DNA of 63,766 nucleotides, the filler included, from Kipferlia bialata (taxonomy: Eukaryota), in NCBI GenBank assembly GCA_003568945.1. It is 6 parts of 6 records of this genome, joined end to end, with 100 filler letters (N's around TTAATTAATTAA, not from the genome) between each part and the next. Parts side by side here need not be neighbours in the genome. Positions count along the whole stretch, not along the records: positions 25,259 to 41,061 come from BDIP01000665.1; positions 41,162 to 56,963 come from BDIP01000666.1; 4 more parts are not named here. One strand, 5' to 3'. Position numbers and translations under genes: made by a program. Below the pieces are notes generated by a model. The model made no database searches. It saw only the letters and a program-made list of their open reading frames with translations, and was not told where the DNA came from. The first letter of the stretch is position 1; each line of letters starts with the position of its first letter. Shown piece by piece: positions 39,676 to 53,928 of this stretch.

Positions 39676-40979
39676 AACACACACAGAAAGGAGAGAGAGA
39701 GTTGTTGCACCCCTACCTGATATCTTGAGTGTGACCTTGACTGTCTCCAGCACCGCCCTCTCCCCTGCCCCCTCATACCCCTGTATGTTAGGGGACAGCA
39801 CCACAGGGCATGCATCTGCACCACTGTCACTGGGGGAGGGCAGGGCATACCGCCCATTGTGGGCCTGGGGGTGAGGGGGGTTCTAAGAGTGGATAGAGTA
39901 ATAGTGGATAGAGAGGGCTCATTAGATTATTTGTATATGAGTATATATATACATGGGTCTAGTACCTCTGCCAGTATGGTTGTGACCTCTCCTAGCACCT
40001 CTGCCTCCCTCGCTGCTCCCCTGGTCTTACTGGCCACAACCACCACGGCCCTGGGGGTAAGCGGAATGCGCATACACATACACAGACTAGGGAGTAGAGA
40101 TGTGCCTCTCGATACATCCGTTATTTATATATAGAGTCTGCCACCCCCACCTCTTCTGCTCCCTGTATACTAGATAAGATATATATACATATATATATAC
40201 CCACCTCATCTGCTCCCTGTGGACTGTGGCCATGAGTGCAGGCAGGGAGAGAGAGACAGACTCAGGGGGGGTGAGGATGGAGTTGAGCACACGCTGCCGG
40301 CACCCGTTGCAGTTCATGTGGCCGATGTCACCTGGGGGTCAGATAGATATACACACACACACACACACACACATATTTATATATATAGAGAGAGAGGGAG
40401 ATGGAGCTGGGGGGGGGGGAAGACAGGGAGTAGAGAGGACTCACCAATCTGTGTCACACAGACGCTCTGCCCCCCTATGGCCACTATCTGGGACACCATA
40501 TCTGCACTGGTCTCAGGGGTGAGGGAGAGAGACCTTAGAGCATCTCTCAGATGTGTCTCTGAGTCACAGGCAGAGGGATAGTCCCACTCAGGGTCAGCCA
40601 CGGTCTCTCCCTCTCCCTCTTCCTCTCCCTCTGTGCTAAGTGGGGTGGATGGCACAAGAGTGAGTGTCCTCCCCTCTGCCAGTCTGGCACTGAGTGTCCA
40701 TGCCTGTATGCCATGTGTATCAATGCCGCCCTCCACTATGAGTGTATCGGCCAGGGGTGAGACCCCACCCTCCACCCCCATCACACTGAACCCAGTGCTC
40801 AGTATGAGTGTGCATGCAAAGAGCATTGCAGCTCTCTCCCTCTCTCCCTCCCCCTCCCCCTCTACTCTGACCACAGCATATGCCACCCTTTCCTTCAGAT
40901 GCACAGCACCCGAGACAGAGGTCAGGGTGAGGGTGGAGGTGGTAGTGGTGAGGGTACCAGAGGACCCGGCATTCAGAGC
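33964..40979 (-). CDS. Copper-transporting P1B-type ATPase (ATP7/CopA-like); 5'-partial
   Basis: HMA motifs MNCNGC (~40317) and GMTCGACV (~39440), SALTGES, ACPCALG (CPC), [34 protein letters not shown] and [10 protein letters not shown]. Stop TAG ending at 33964. Confidence 0.93.
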
Positions 40980-41024
40980 CTGGGTGAGAAGGTGGAGAGA
41001 GAGAGAGGAGAGAGAGAAGGGAAG

Positions 41025-41057
<33 letters not shown>

Positions 41058-41061
41058 GAAA

Positions 41062-41161
41062 NNNNNNNNNNNNNNNNNNNNNNNNNNNNNNNNNNNNNNN
41101 NNNNNTTAATTAATTAANNNNNNNNNNNNNNNNNNNNNNNNNNNNNNNNNNNNNNNNNNNN
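41062..41161. other. Artificial contig linker
   Basis: Same 100 bp spacer. Confidence 0.95.
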
Positions 41162-41369
41162 ATAGTATGATATACGATATATATACACTGTATAGTATGA
41201 TATACGATATATATACATTGTACATGTGTGTGTGTCATGTATCTACATCAGTGCCACCCGCACAGCAGGTATAGATATACCCTGTGTACTCATATATGCA
41301 CTCATATTAACACTTGATATATAGTACATCAGTGTATGTGTATATATATACCTATATACCTAACCCCAG

Positions 41370-41724
41370 GGTGGACAAGCACCGCGAGAGGGTGTCTGGC
41401 CGAGTAGCAGTGAGAGAGAGAGAGAGAGAGTGGGAGAGAGAGGGCCTCCCACTCATGAGAGGGAGGGAGAGAGAGAGAGACATGGATATGGGTATGGGTG
41501 ATATGGACATGGGGGGTGAGAGAGAGAGAGAGGAGGGAGACACGACACCCCAGGTCCCACAGCGAGAGAGAGAGAGGGAGAGAGAGAGAGAGAGAGAGAG
41601 GGAGAGGCAGACACTACCAGTACCCACACAGTCTGGAGCAGAGGGGGAGAGAGAGAGAGAGACGGCAGAGGAGGGCGGGCTGTGCAGAGCTCTTCTCGAG
41701 GTATGGTACATACTCTTTGGACAG

Positions 41725-41760
<36 letters not shown>

Positions 41761-42915
41761 TACACCCTTATTGTCAGGTTGCAGCTGAGGAGCAGAGGGC
41801 ATCCGTGTCTCAGGCCCCTGACCTCTCTGGTGCTGTTGTGACATCCAGCCAGAGGGACAGGGAGAGGGAGAAGGCAAGGCAGCAGAAGGACAAGACTAAG
41901 GTGAGGGTGTATATAATTCATTGGTACACATATACACCATATATCACTAAGCCCAAGCCCGGCAATGAAGGCACATGATGTATCATTTATAGACTATGTA
42001 GTTGATGAGTATATATATGTATATATGTATATATATATATTATACTCTATATAGATACTAATGCTAACCCCCCAGCCCAAGCCCAAGGGCAGGCAGAGGA
42101 GGCACTACACCAAGGCATCGGCCAAGACAACAACTAGGGCTAGGTATGCTATAAATATGTGTCTTTTGTAGCCGTCCCACTTCCTCTTCCAACCCCCCAG
42201 CTTCACTGAGATGTCCCCTCTGTGCAAGTATTCTCTGGCTCTGGCTCTCTCTCACTCACACATACACACACACACTAATTCTTTCTCACTCCATCTTCTT
42301 CACGGATGTCCCTCTGACTCTCTCAGTCTTTCTCTCTCTCTCTGTATATATATGTATTTCAAGTAATATGTAGAGCCTCCTGTAGAAATGTAACCTCCTC
42401 TCACCCCCCAGCTTCTTCACGGATGTCCTCCTACCCTATGAGCAGAAGGGGTGCTACTTCCAGAATGGAGGTATGGTGTATTTGTATACCGGCTATATAT
42501 AGTGTTGGTATATATGTGCATTAACTATATACCTATATGAGCAGAAGGGGTGCTACTTCCAGAATGGAGGTATGTGTATGTATCCAGTTAGCCATACTGG
42601 AAAACATATGTATATATTATTATACATACTCTCACCCACCCCAGGCAACACCAAGCTGAAGGGCGGCCGTCGTTCCTTCAACTACAAGTGTATGTACCCC
42701 AAGTGCAGTGTGTTCCTGCACTTCACAGAGGTATGCATACATATTTTTGTATATATATATTATTATACTATATATATATATATATATACACCCTAAGATA
42801 CTCTCAGAAATTTAGCTGTACTGGTCAATCTCTCTCTCTCTCTCCCTCTACACCCCTAATACCTAGGACCCTGACGGTACTATGCTGTACTGGCCCAACC
42901 AGCCCTTGCCCTCTG

Positions 42916-42948
<33 letters not shown>

Positions 42949-43006
42949 TATATACATACCCTCACCCTAGGACCCCGATGGCACCATGCTGTACTGGCCC
43001 AACCAG

Positions 43007-43045
<39 letters not shown>

Positions 43046-43801
43046 ACACCCTTAATACCTAGGACCCCGATGGCACCATGCTGTACTGGCCCAACCAGCC
43101 CCCTCCCCTGGAGGCACATGGAGATAATAGGCAGAGGAAGCACATGTCGAAGGTAGAGGGATATACACCATATAAAAGTTGTGAGTGCCCACATATATAT
43201 CTCCCTCATCCTTCTCTCTCTCTCCCTGTCCCTGTCTCTCTCTCTCTCTCTGTCTAATCCCCAAGGCCGTGTCCCATGTAGTCAGTGCCCACATATCCCA
43301 CAACAGACCAGTCGACAACCTCGAGGTATGAGAAGAGAAATATATACATATACATACGTGTATGTGTTTGGTATACGTTGACCGCGTATTGTAGTCGAAT
43401 AGCATCTGGGTTTATGGTGTGTAGTGTGAGGTACATGTGATGTGTTAGCCAGGCTTTATATATGTGTGTATATGTGACTCCTGACTCCTAGGTTGCCATC
43501 CCGTCCAAGCGTCCTGCCTCAGAGGACGGGCCAGGTATCATAATATAGAGACATGTAGACAATGAAAGTGCCTCTACTATGTATACATGTATGTATATTG
43601 TATATAATTTGTAATTACCTCAGAGGATAAACCTCTGTGTCTCTCTCGACCTCTGCCTTAATCTAACCTCCAGCTGACAGTGCCACCCGTGTCTCTGACA
43701 CATACTATCTCTCTCTCTATATATATGTATTTATAGATATTTATTTGTATACTATTATATAGCCGACTTACCTCCAGCCGCCAGTGCCTCTGCCCCATTG
43801 A

Positions 43802-43851
<50 letters not shown>

Positions 43852-44033
43852 ATCCATATATCTATGTATACTAACCCCCCAGCCGACAGTGCCAGCCGTG
43901 ACACATACTCTCTCTCTTTCTCTCTCTCTCCCTCTCTCTCCCCCCCTCTCTCTCTATCTATCCATCTATCTATCCATCTATCTATCTATCTAACCCCCAG
44001 TCGACAGTGCCACCCATGCCTCTGTCCCATAGA

Positions 44034-44069
<36 letters not shown>

Positions 44070-46830
44070 ATCTATCTATCAATCTAACCTCTAGCTGACA
44101 GTGCCACCCGTGCCCCTGACCAGGCCAAGCAGGCAGTGTCATCAGAGAGGGAGAGAGAGGCAGCCGTGTACACACCCAGACAGAGGAAGGGGAGGTGCGG
44201 GTATATGTGGTGTATATATGTGTGGATATTTCTCTTTGTATATATGCCTCTGTATCCACGTATTCACCGCAGGTCCAAGGCCAGGGACACCGACCTCACC
44301 CTGGAGAGACACCTCCAGCCAAGGAGCCAGGTACTGTGTATATATACACACACACATATATATAGTATATGCATACAGACATATGAATATTGTATTCTAT
44401 GTACTATATACCGACCTCACCCTGGAGAGGCACCTCCAGCCAAGGAGTCAGGTACTGTGTATATTGTATATATGTGTATAGATAGTGTATGCATGTTCTA
44501 TCTTCGTACTACATCATATATATATACAATTATAGATACTGACCTCACCCTGGAGAGACACCTCCAGCCAAGGAGTCAGGTACTATATATATATATGTAG
44601 GATACCTACACTATGTGTACGTATTATACTATACTTGTGTATACTATTCACATATACATAAACTGACCTCACCCTGGAGAGACACCTCCAGCCAAGGAGT
44701 CAGGTACTGTATATATACATGGAGTATATACATTATACAGTATATACTGACCTATACACATATATACACACACACCCTTACCCGTTACGACTTACCCCTT
44801 AGGTCGTTGCCTTCCGCCGCACTAGACTACATATTATGTAATGCATATTATATAACCGTAATCACATTAGGTTGTAGCCTTCCGTCGCACCAGACTCTGG
44901 ACAGCCCACAAGGCCAGGAGGACACGATACGAGTTTGCATCACTCAGGAGTCTGTTCTTCACACTGAGAGATCAGGTACATGTGCTAAATAGTTGCAATG
45001 AGGGCATATTATACTTATTGTGTGTATCATGAGTCTATATGAATATATCTGTTCCTAATCCCCAGATCCGCCCCTCCGGGTCTCTGTCCTTCTCTGGTCC
45101 AGCGGCAGGGCTCAACTCATACAGGTGTGTATAAGTATATGTTGATATATATATATATATATATATTTATCAGTCACCACGTTGTGTCTCTGGTCCAGCG
45201 GCAGGGCTCAACTCATACAGGTGGGTATATATACATAGGATGTACATATGTATCTGTCACCAAGTTGTGTTCACCCTACATGACAAGCGGCAGGGCTGAA
45301 CTCGTACGGGTTGGTGTGTGTTTTATACAGATTGATGAACTACTCTGTAGACTTCTTATACCCATATCATGTATATATATACACTCATCTATATGTATGC
45401 ACCTGTCTCTGTTGGTGTCTCACACCCCAGGTCTGACGCTGACGCTGAGACCACCCGTAACAGTGGCCTGTTCCTACTGCTCAAGGTGTGTAATGATGTA
45501 TGTATATATAAATATATATAGTTCCATACTTACCCTCAGGAGTCCAAGACCCACCCCCTGTCCGGTGTGGCTCTCTCTCTCTCTCTCTCAATACATACAT
45601 ATGTACATACTATATCTGTATACTCTCATTCTAGGAGTCCAAGACCCACCCCCTGTCCGGTGTGGCTCTCTCTCTCCCCCTCTCTCTCTGTCTCTTTATG
45701 AACATACTATCATTATATGAATTCCCTATAACCCTCAGGAGTCCAAGACCCACCCCCTGTCCGGTGTGGCTGTGACCCCTGACCAGAGGAACATGTACGC
45801 AAGTCACGCTAAGCCAGGTGAAATGTGTATATACACTACTCTACTGATATCATACTATATATATACTATATTTCTATATATGTGCTATATATATGTTTTC
45901 AGAGGAACATGTACGCAAGTCACGCCAAGCCAGGTAATGCACTGTATATATGTGTGTGTCATCTATTTTGCTAAGCCAGGTGAATGTGTATATGCACTAT
46001 ACATGTATATCATACTATATGTATATATGTATATATATGTACGTGTGTATGACCAGAGGAACATGTACGCCAGTCACGCAAAGCCAGGTAATGTGAATAC
46101 ACATGTGTGAGCTGTTATATATCTCGATACTCTCCTTACCCCCAGAGGCCCAGCTAGGCACCACCTGGTCTCTCTCCCTATATCTCTATTACTATATCTA
46201 GATATTACTATACATACAATACCCACACTAACCCTTCAGAGGCCCAGCTAGGCACCACCTGGTTTGTAGAGCCGATGTACTACTTCTCTAGACCCAGTGG
46301 CAAGCTGGCAGGGACAGCACCTACATCAAAGGTACATATATACACTATGGATATATATATATATGTATATAATTATTCATGTACTTCTCCAGACCCAGTG
46401 GCAAGCTGGCAGGGACAGCACCTACGTCTAAGGTGTGTTTCATACATATAGATAGATAGACAGATAGATATGCTTCAGGTATAATCAAACACTCCATGTA
46501 GGACACTGCGCGCCCATGATATATGTATATAAGAGTAAGACATTATATGTCCCAGACTACATGTATATGTATGTATACTATTCCCCCAGGACACTGTGCG
46601 CCGCCGTTCCATATATGTATACATATATGATATAGTACTGTATATTATATGACATATTGTACACTAACCCCCAGGACACTGTCCGCCGCCGTTCCATCTA
46701 TGTCCTGTCCATCATCGATGAGCACTGCATCAAGAGACCGGCCGCATTCTTCATGCTGAGGTATGGGTATAGAAGTATACATACATGTGTAAAGCCGTTA
46801 CTTCACGGCCCATGCATCCTTCTCCCTCAA

Positions 46831-46870
<40 letters not shown>

Positions 46871-47869
46871 ATATATACACACCTCTCTCACCTAAAGGAG
46901 ATACTTCACGGCCCATGCCTCCTTCTCCCTGAATGGCCCATTTCTCTCTCTCTCTCTCTCTCCCTCTCTCTCTCCTATATATATTAGTCTCCCTTCACCT
47001 TTAGGAGATACTTCACCGCCCATGCCTCCTTCTCCCTGAATGGCCTCTCCCCCTCTGACTACCTGACCCATGAGACACGGGGAGAGGACAGGCCCTTTGA
47101 GATGAACGCAGGTATATATATAGTATATATATATAATATATACTATATGTATCTGTCGATACTTAACCCTCCAGGCCTGTACGATGTGCTCAAGCTCATC
47201 ATCCTTGATAGATGCATAATCATATATATATAGATAGATATGTATATGTACATTTGTCTATATGTCTCAATATATCTGTCTATTCTCTAACATCCAGGCC
47301 TGTACGATGTCCTCAAGCTCATCATCCTGCGTATCAATGTGCCTGTCCCAGCGTGCATAGTGTTTGGACCAGGGATGGAGGTGGGTGCATGTGGTATAGA
47401 TGTATATAACACTATAGTATTACATGTAATGGAGGTATGTATGTGGTATATGGGGACGATGGTATTGTTGGTTGTATGTGTATACTATATGTCAATGTGC
47501 CTGTACCGGCATGCAATGATCCTGTATATGTAGTCTTTGGACCAGGAATGGAGGTGGGTACATTATGGTATAGATGGAAGTGTTGTAAGAGTATCAAGTG
47601 AAAGACTCTCCCTCTCTCTCTCTCTCTCTTACCCTCTAGAGCACTCTGGACGTTGTCACCCACTCCTCTGAGCATTATCTTGATTCTCTCTCTCTCTCTC
47701 TCGTATAGTGTATATATTCAATTAGTCCAACCCATCTTCCCCCATCTACCCCCATCTACCCCCAGTCCACTCTGGACGTTGTCAACCACTCCGCTGAGCA
47801 TGATGAGGATGTCAGACTGGTGGGCATGCTAGAAGAGTGCATGCATACTAGGTATTGATACTCTATACT

Positions 47870-47903
<34 letters not shown>

Positions 47904-50128
47904 CTTGTGTGTATAAATATATGTCAGACTGGTGGGGATGCTGGAGGAGTGCATGCACACAAGGTATGGGTATATGTACTATGTATGTCTACTGTATGTG
48001 TATACACACCCACCCCAGGCGCCAGCTGTCCCTTTACCCCTCCAACCTATATATTGTGCATATTAGTGTTATATATGTTCATATGTATATATATATATAT
48101 GTATGTATGTATCATACTTCCATTCACCCCAGGCGCCAGCTGTCCCAGTACCCCTCCTCCACTGGGTCTGTGCGGTGTGTGCTGCACCCAGACATGTTCA
48201 GGTACATAGAGTATATATATACTAGAGTGTGTATATATATATGCCATAGTGTATATATGTATTGGTATATCTATGTATATATACATCATCTACTGGGTCA
48301 GTGAGGTGTGTGCTGCACCCAGACATGTTCAGGTACAGTGTATACTAGTATATATATATATATATATATGTCATAGTATATATACTTATTGGTATAGTAT
48401 ACTGTATCCATCTATGTGCGGTGTGTGCTGCACCCAGACATGTTCAGGTACAGTGTATACTAGTATCTATATATATGTGTGTGTCATAGTATATATACTA
48501 TATGCATGTATGTATATGTGTGTGCTACATCCAGGCATGTTAAGGTACAGTGTATAGTATACGTGTATATGTTCATATACACGCGTAAACATATATGCTA
48601 TACTATATACTCTGTATCTCTCTCTCTCTCTCTCCCCTCACCCCAGCCTCCTAGTGCGTAAGTTCGTCAGACGCCTGGTCTCAGACGCGTCGAACTCCCT
48701 CAAGCACTACAGGTGGGTTTATATATCTCTCTCTCTACGTGTGTCTATACAGCCAGTTCTTAAGAACCTGGGTTTTGCCATTAATGGTCTCTCTCTCTCT
48801 CCCTGTCTCTCTCTCTATAATTTCGTGTATACATCACTCACCCGAGGAACCTGCACACCACCCTCCTCCCCGACAGTGATAAGTCTCCCTCTCTGGCTCT
48901 CGCTCTCTCTCTCTTCTTCCCTATCTCTCTCACTTACCATCTAGGAACCTGCACACCACCCTGCTCCCCGACAGTGATGGTGTGGGTATGCCCATGGGAC
49001 AGGGGGCAGAGGGAGAGGCAGAGGGAGAGGCAGGGGGTGATGGAGACACACCCTACTTCCACATGTCAGACAGGTATAGGGCTATATGTATGGTGAAGTG
49101 TGTATATATGTATATATATAGGGTTATTGTGACACTCCCTACTTCCACATGATAGACAGGTATTGGGTTATATGTATGGTGGAGTGTGTATACATGTATA
49201 TGCATGCACCGTACCCCTATATCCACTCTCTCTCTATGTATATATTCATATACTCATGATATTCCATGTCTCTCACCTTGTATTTATATTTATCCCTCTC
49301 ACCCTCTAGGGAGGACTCCTGCATGCACCGCACTCTGCAAGGGTGTACAAGGGGGTGCCAGTTCAGACTCAACAGGTGTGCAGTGGTATCTCTCCTTCTC
49401 TCTCCCAGTATATACTCATACATCTATGTATTATTCATACTATTAATATGCCTTACCCTCTAGGATCGTTGAGGAGGAGGTTGCTCCCAAGGACAGGTTC
49501 CCTATAGAGGGCCAGAGTGGATGTGTGCCGCACAGACTATCCAACCAGACAGTACTCTCTGCACTTACAGAGGAGGAAGAGAGGGAGAGGGAGTGTGGGT
49601 GTGTGGGGGAGGTCTGCGAAGTCCCAGCCATACCTGATGCCTCTCTACCGGCCTCTATAGGGAGTGCCTCTATCGTGAGTGACGGTGCACAGGTCCTAGG
49701 TGTGGATGCTGTACCTCCACCTCCCACTGTGGGTGCAGATGGAGACACACTCACACACCCTGTCCCTGCCACTGATACAGAGACTGAGACAGAGGGTGTT
49801 GAGGGAGAGGGGGTATCTGGTGCCTCTTCTGGCCTGTTCCCCCAGATAGTCGAGGGGGAGGGGGATACAGAGAGAGAGAGAGAGACAGTGTCTGGTGCTG
49901 ATGTTGATATGGTGCCCAGTGCACTGACTGTGCCACAGGCAGATGCAGACGAGGTGGGATATATATACACATACCGTTGTATACTATCCTACACTGTACT
50001 ATATGTATTCTTGTGGGAGTGTGCCAGGTATGCTGGTGTTATATCTGATTATGCATATATACCGCTACATTACTGTATTATATAGTATGCATATACTGAC
50101 CATAGGCCATGCGCCCCGACACCCCAAC

Positions 50129-50167
<39 letters not shown>

Positions 50168-52853
50168 CGTATATGCATATGCCTCTTACCTTAGGCCATG
50201 CGCCCCGACACCCCCACCCCACCCCACTCAGCTGAGGGTGCTACCAGGCAGAGAGGGGGAGAGGCAGAGGTAGAGGCAGAGGGAGAGGTAGAGAGTGCCA
50301 AGAGAGAGAGGCCCCCCAGTGAGAGTAGGGAGGGAGAGGTGTTCAGCCTGCCCACACCTAGGTATGTATATATGTACATATAATTATACATAACATAGAT
50401 AGATAGTTACCATGACAGGACAGTATACATTTAGGTATAGATATATGTCTCTGAAACTATGGAAGAGGAGTTGTTCAGCCTGCCCACGCCCAGGTATGTA
50501 TATTCATATATTCATATATGTCCTACTACTCCCTCCCTCTAACCCCACTATAGTTCCCACACACATACACCAATACCTTCCTTTCTCTCCCTTGTCCATC
50601 TCACCCCAGCTCTCTGTCCAAGAGATACTACTATTTGTATTATTCCTTCATATGCTGTATGATATATCTATTATCTCTCTCTCTTATATCTCTCACCCCA
50701 GCTCTCTGTCCAAGAGACTCCAGATCCAGTACACAGCGACAGAGGATACACAGGGTATGTACACTAGTATGTACACTAGTATGAGAGTGTGTATACGTAT
50801 AGAGTATATATTCGGTATAGTATATGCAACAGATCCAGTACACAGCCACAGAGGATACACAGGGTATGTACCTGTATAGTACATAGTATATAGTATGCGC
50901 AACGGATCCATTGCATATATATATTCTTATAGCATTGGGTTAGTATATATGCAACAGATCCAGTACACAGCCACAGAGGATACAGAGGGTATGTACATGT
51001 ATTGTATGTACTAAATATAGTGTATACATACATATGTCTTAGTGTATATGCAACAGATCCAGTACACAGCCACAGAGGATACAGAGGGTATGTACACCAG
51101 CATGTACACTAGTATGAGAGTGTGTATACGTATAGAGTATATGTTTGGTATAGTATATATCCAACAGATTCAGTATACAGCTACGGGGGATGAAGGAGGG
51201 TATGTACATATACTTACTCTCCAGGCACCGGCATAGACCCTGTGGGTATATAATTCTATATATTAGATTATGTATATGACACGCTCGCTAACTATTATCT
51301 GCTTACACCTTAGGCATAGACCCTGTGGGCGTAGTGTCCACATCATCCACTGTCACTATGCAGGATAGAGAGGTAGAAGCAGAGGCAGAGGCAGAGGTAG
51401 AGGTAGAGGCAGAGGCAGAGGCAGAGACTGAGATGGAGAGTGGGGATACACCCTCCAGCAGTGTCTCAGGTATGTACCACTCATACCTCTCTCTCCTACC
51501 TCCCTAGTATATATGTATACCATGCCTATCCCACCCCCCAGGCTGCACGTGTGCCTCCCCCTCTATCCTAGTTTAGAATAATATAGTATATAGATAGATA
51601 GTATATACTTTATTGTAAGTTATATTATATATAGTGTATTCTCTTTGTGTCTAACCCCAGGCTGCACGTGTGCCTCCCCCGCATACCTCTCCCCTAGTAT
51701 ATATGCATGTACATGTATATGCATATCTCACCCTTCTAGGCTGTACCTGTGCATCCCCCTCTATGGCCAAGAGCACCAGGGACCTGTGCTTTGAGTACAG
51801 GAGTCCATGCCTAGTGTGTGTGCTGATGCAGATGCTGCATGCAAGGTGTGTATATATGCATATATGACGTATAGATATATAGACTGATTGATGTATAGAT
51901 AGTCCATGCCTAGTGCAATCAGTATCAGTATCAGTATCAGTATCAGTACATGCAATTTGGGGGTGTAGTGGTATAGTCCTGTGTAGACAGACAGTCGATC
52001 ACTTACCCTAGAATGCTCCAGACCCTGATTGACTCTGTGTCCTCCTCCTCTGTGATGCATGAACTATACTCTCTCTCTCTCTCGCTCTCTGTTATATACA
52101 CTCATATATCAGGATGCTCCAAACACTCATTGACTCTGTNNNNNNNNNNNNNNNNNNNNNNNNNNNNNNNNNNNNNNNNNNNNNNNNNNNNNNNNNNNNN
52201 NNNNNNNNNNNNNNNNNNNNNNNNNNNNNNNNNNNNNNNNNNNNNNNNNNNNNNNNNNNNNNNNNNNNNNNNNNNNNNNNNNNNNNNNNNNNNNNNNNNN
52301 NNNNNNNNNNNNNNNNNNNNNNNNNNNNNNNNNNNNNNNNNNNNNNNNNNNNNNNNNNNNNNNNNNNNNNNNNNNNNNNNNNNNNNNNNNNNNNNNNNNN
52401 NNNNNNNNNNNNNNNNNNNNNNNNNNNNNNNNNNNNNNNNNNNNNNTACATACCCTTACCCTCAGGAGTCCAATGGCATGGACCCCACCTTCGCTGCCTT
52501 CTTCAATGGGTGTATATTCCCCATCTCGCAGTACCTGACCCCTGACCTCTCCTCACCCCCACTGTGGTCACCTGAGCTGGTCATCAAGGTATATATATGT
52601 ATGAATAGCTGGTCATCAAGGTATACAAGTATAGAGAGAGAGAGAGAGTATACACCATATATTGAGTGTATATATATTCTCTGATCACCCCCACTGTGGT
52701 CACCAGAGCTGGTGATTAAGGTATACAAGTATATCTATGATAAGAAAGAATCACTTGTGTACACTGAGACTACTGCCACTCATGCTGACCCTCCAGGCCA
52801 TCCGGGGGTCTCGGTTTGTGCCCAGGGGGAGCAGACGCATGGAGGTACGCTGC

Positions 52854-52890
<37 letters not shown>

Positions 52891-53884
52891 ACCCTTTAAT
52901 TGACACTCTAGGTCTTCCAGGCCATCCTAGACGTTGCAACCCTATCCACTCTCTCTCTCTCTCTCTCCCTACACCCCTATTGTTTATATACAGGTCTTCC
53001 AGGCCATCCTAGACGTGGCAGCCAGGCACTTTGACTCTGTGTTTGTGCCCTATAGAGAGCACCTACCTGCCAGGGCCTTGGCCTCTGCACCCTCAGTCTG
53101 CCAGACATCACTGCACCCACCCAGCACTGCACCAGTGAGGTATATATATATATACATACTAGTGTACATATACTTATATATGACTATGCATCTTCACCCT
53201 CTGTATGTCAGACGGCAGTGCATCACCCAGCACTGCACCTGTGAGGTGTGTGTATTAGTTTATGCGTACTAATAGCTATATGTTTGTTGGTATTTATATA
53301 TGTCAGACGGCACTGCACCCAGCACTGTTCCTGTCAGGTATGATTATGTGTGTACATTTGCATAAGAGGAATGTGGTATACGTGGCGGTTCTCGGTGTAT
53401 AGCATTGTATGTTAAGTATGGTATGTCCATCCCTCACCCCCCAGGTTCATCGACCATGCCGTCCATGCATTCAACTGGCTCAGTGGCAGGTATGGCTAGA
53501 TATACTATAGACAGTATACTATACNNNNNNNNNNNNNNNNNNNNNNNNNNNNNNNNNNNNNNNNNNNNNNNNNNNNNNNNNNNNNNNNNNNNCATACTAT
53601 ATATGAGTATTAGTATACCATGCCGTCCATGCCTTCAACTGGCTCAGCGGCAGGTAGGACTACTAGTGTGTAAGGAGATTGTGGATGCGCGCGTGATCAT
53701 TGTATATATATGTTGCGTCTCTGGGTACACACTATACACTAACATATAGGGGCAGCACCATCATGCTGGCCGATGGCACCGAGGCTGATAGGGTAGTCCT
53801 ATCCCCCAGGGGTCCCAAGCCATCCTTGAAGGAGGCAGGGGAGAGTGAGGATGCAGACGTTGTGGCACCTAGTCAGGTATGTAG

Positions 53885-53928
<44 letters not shown>

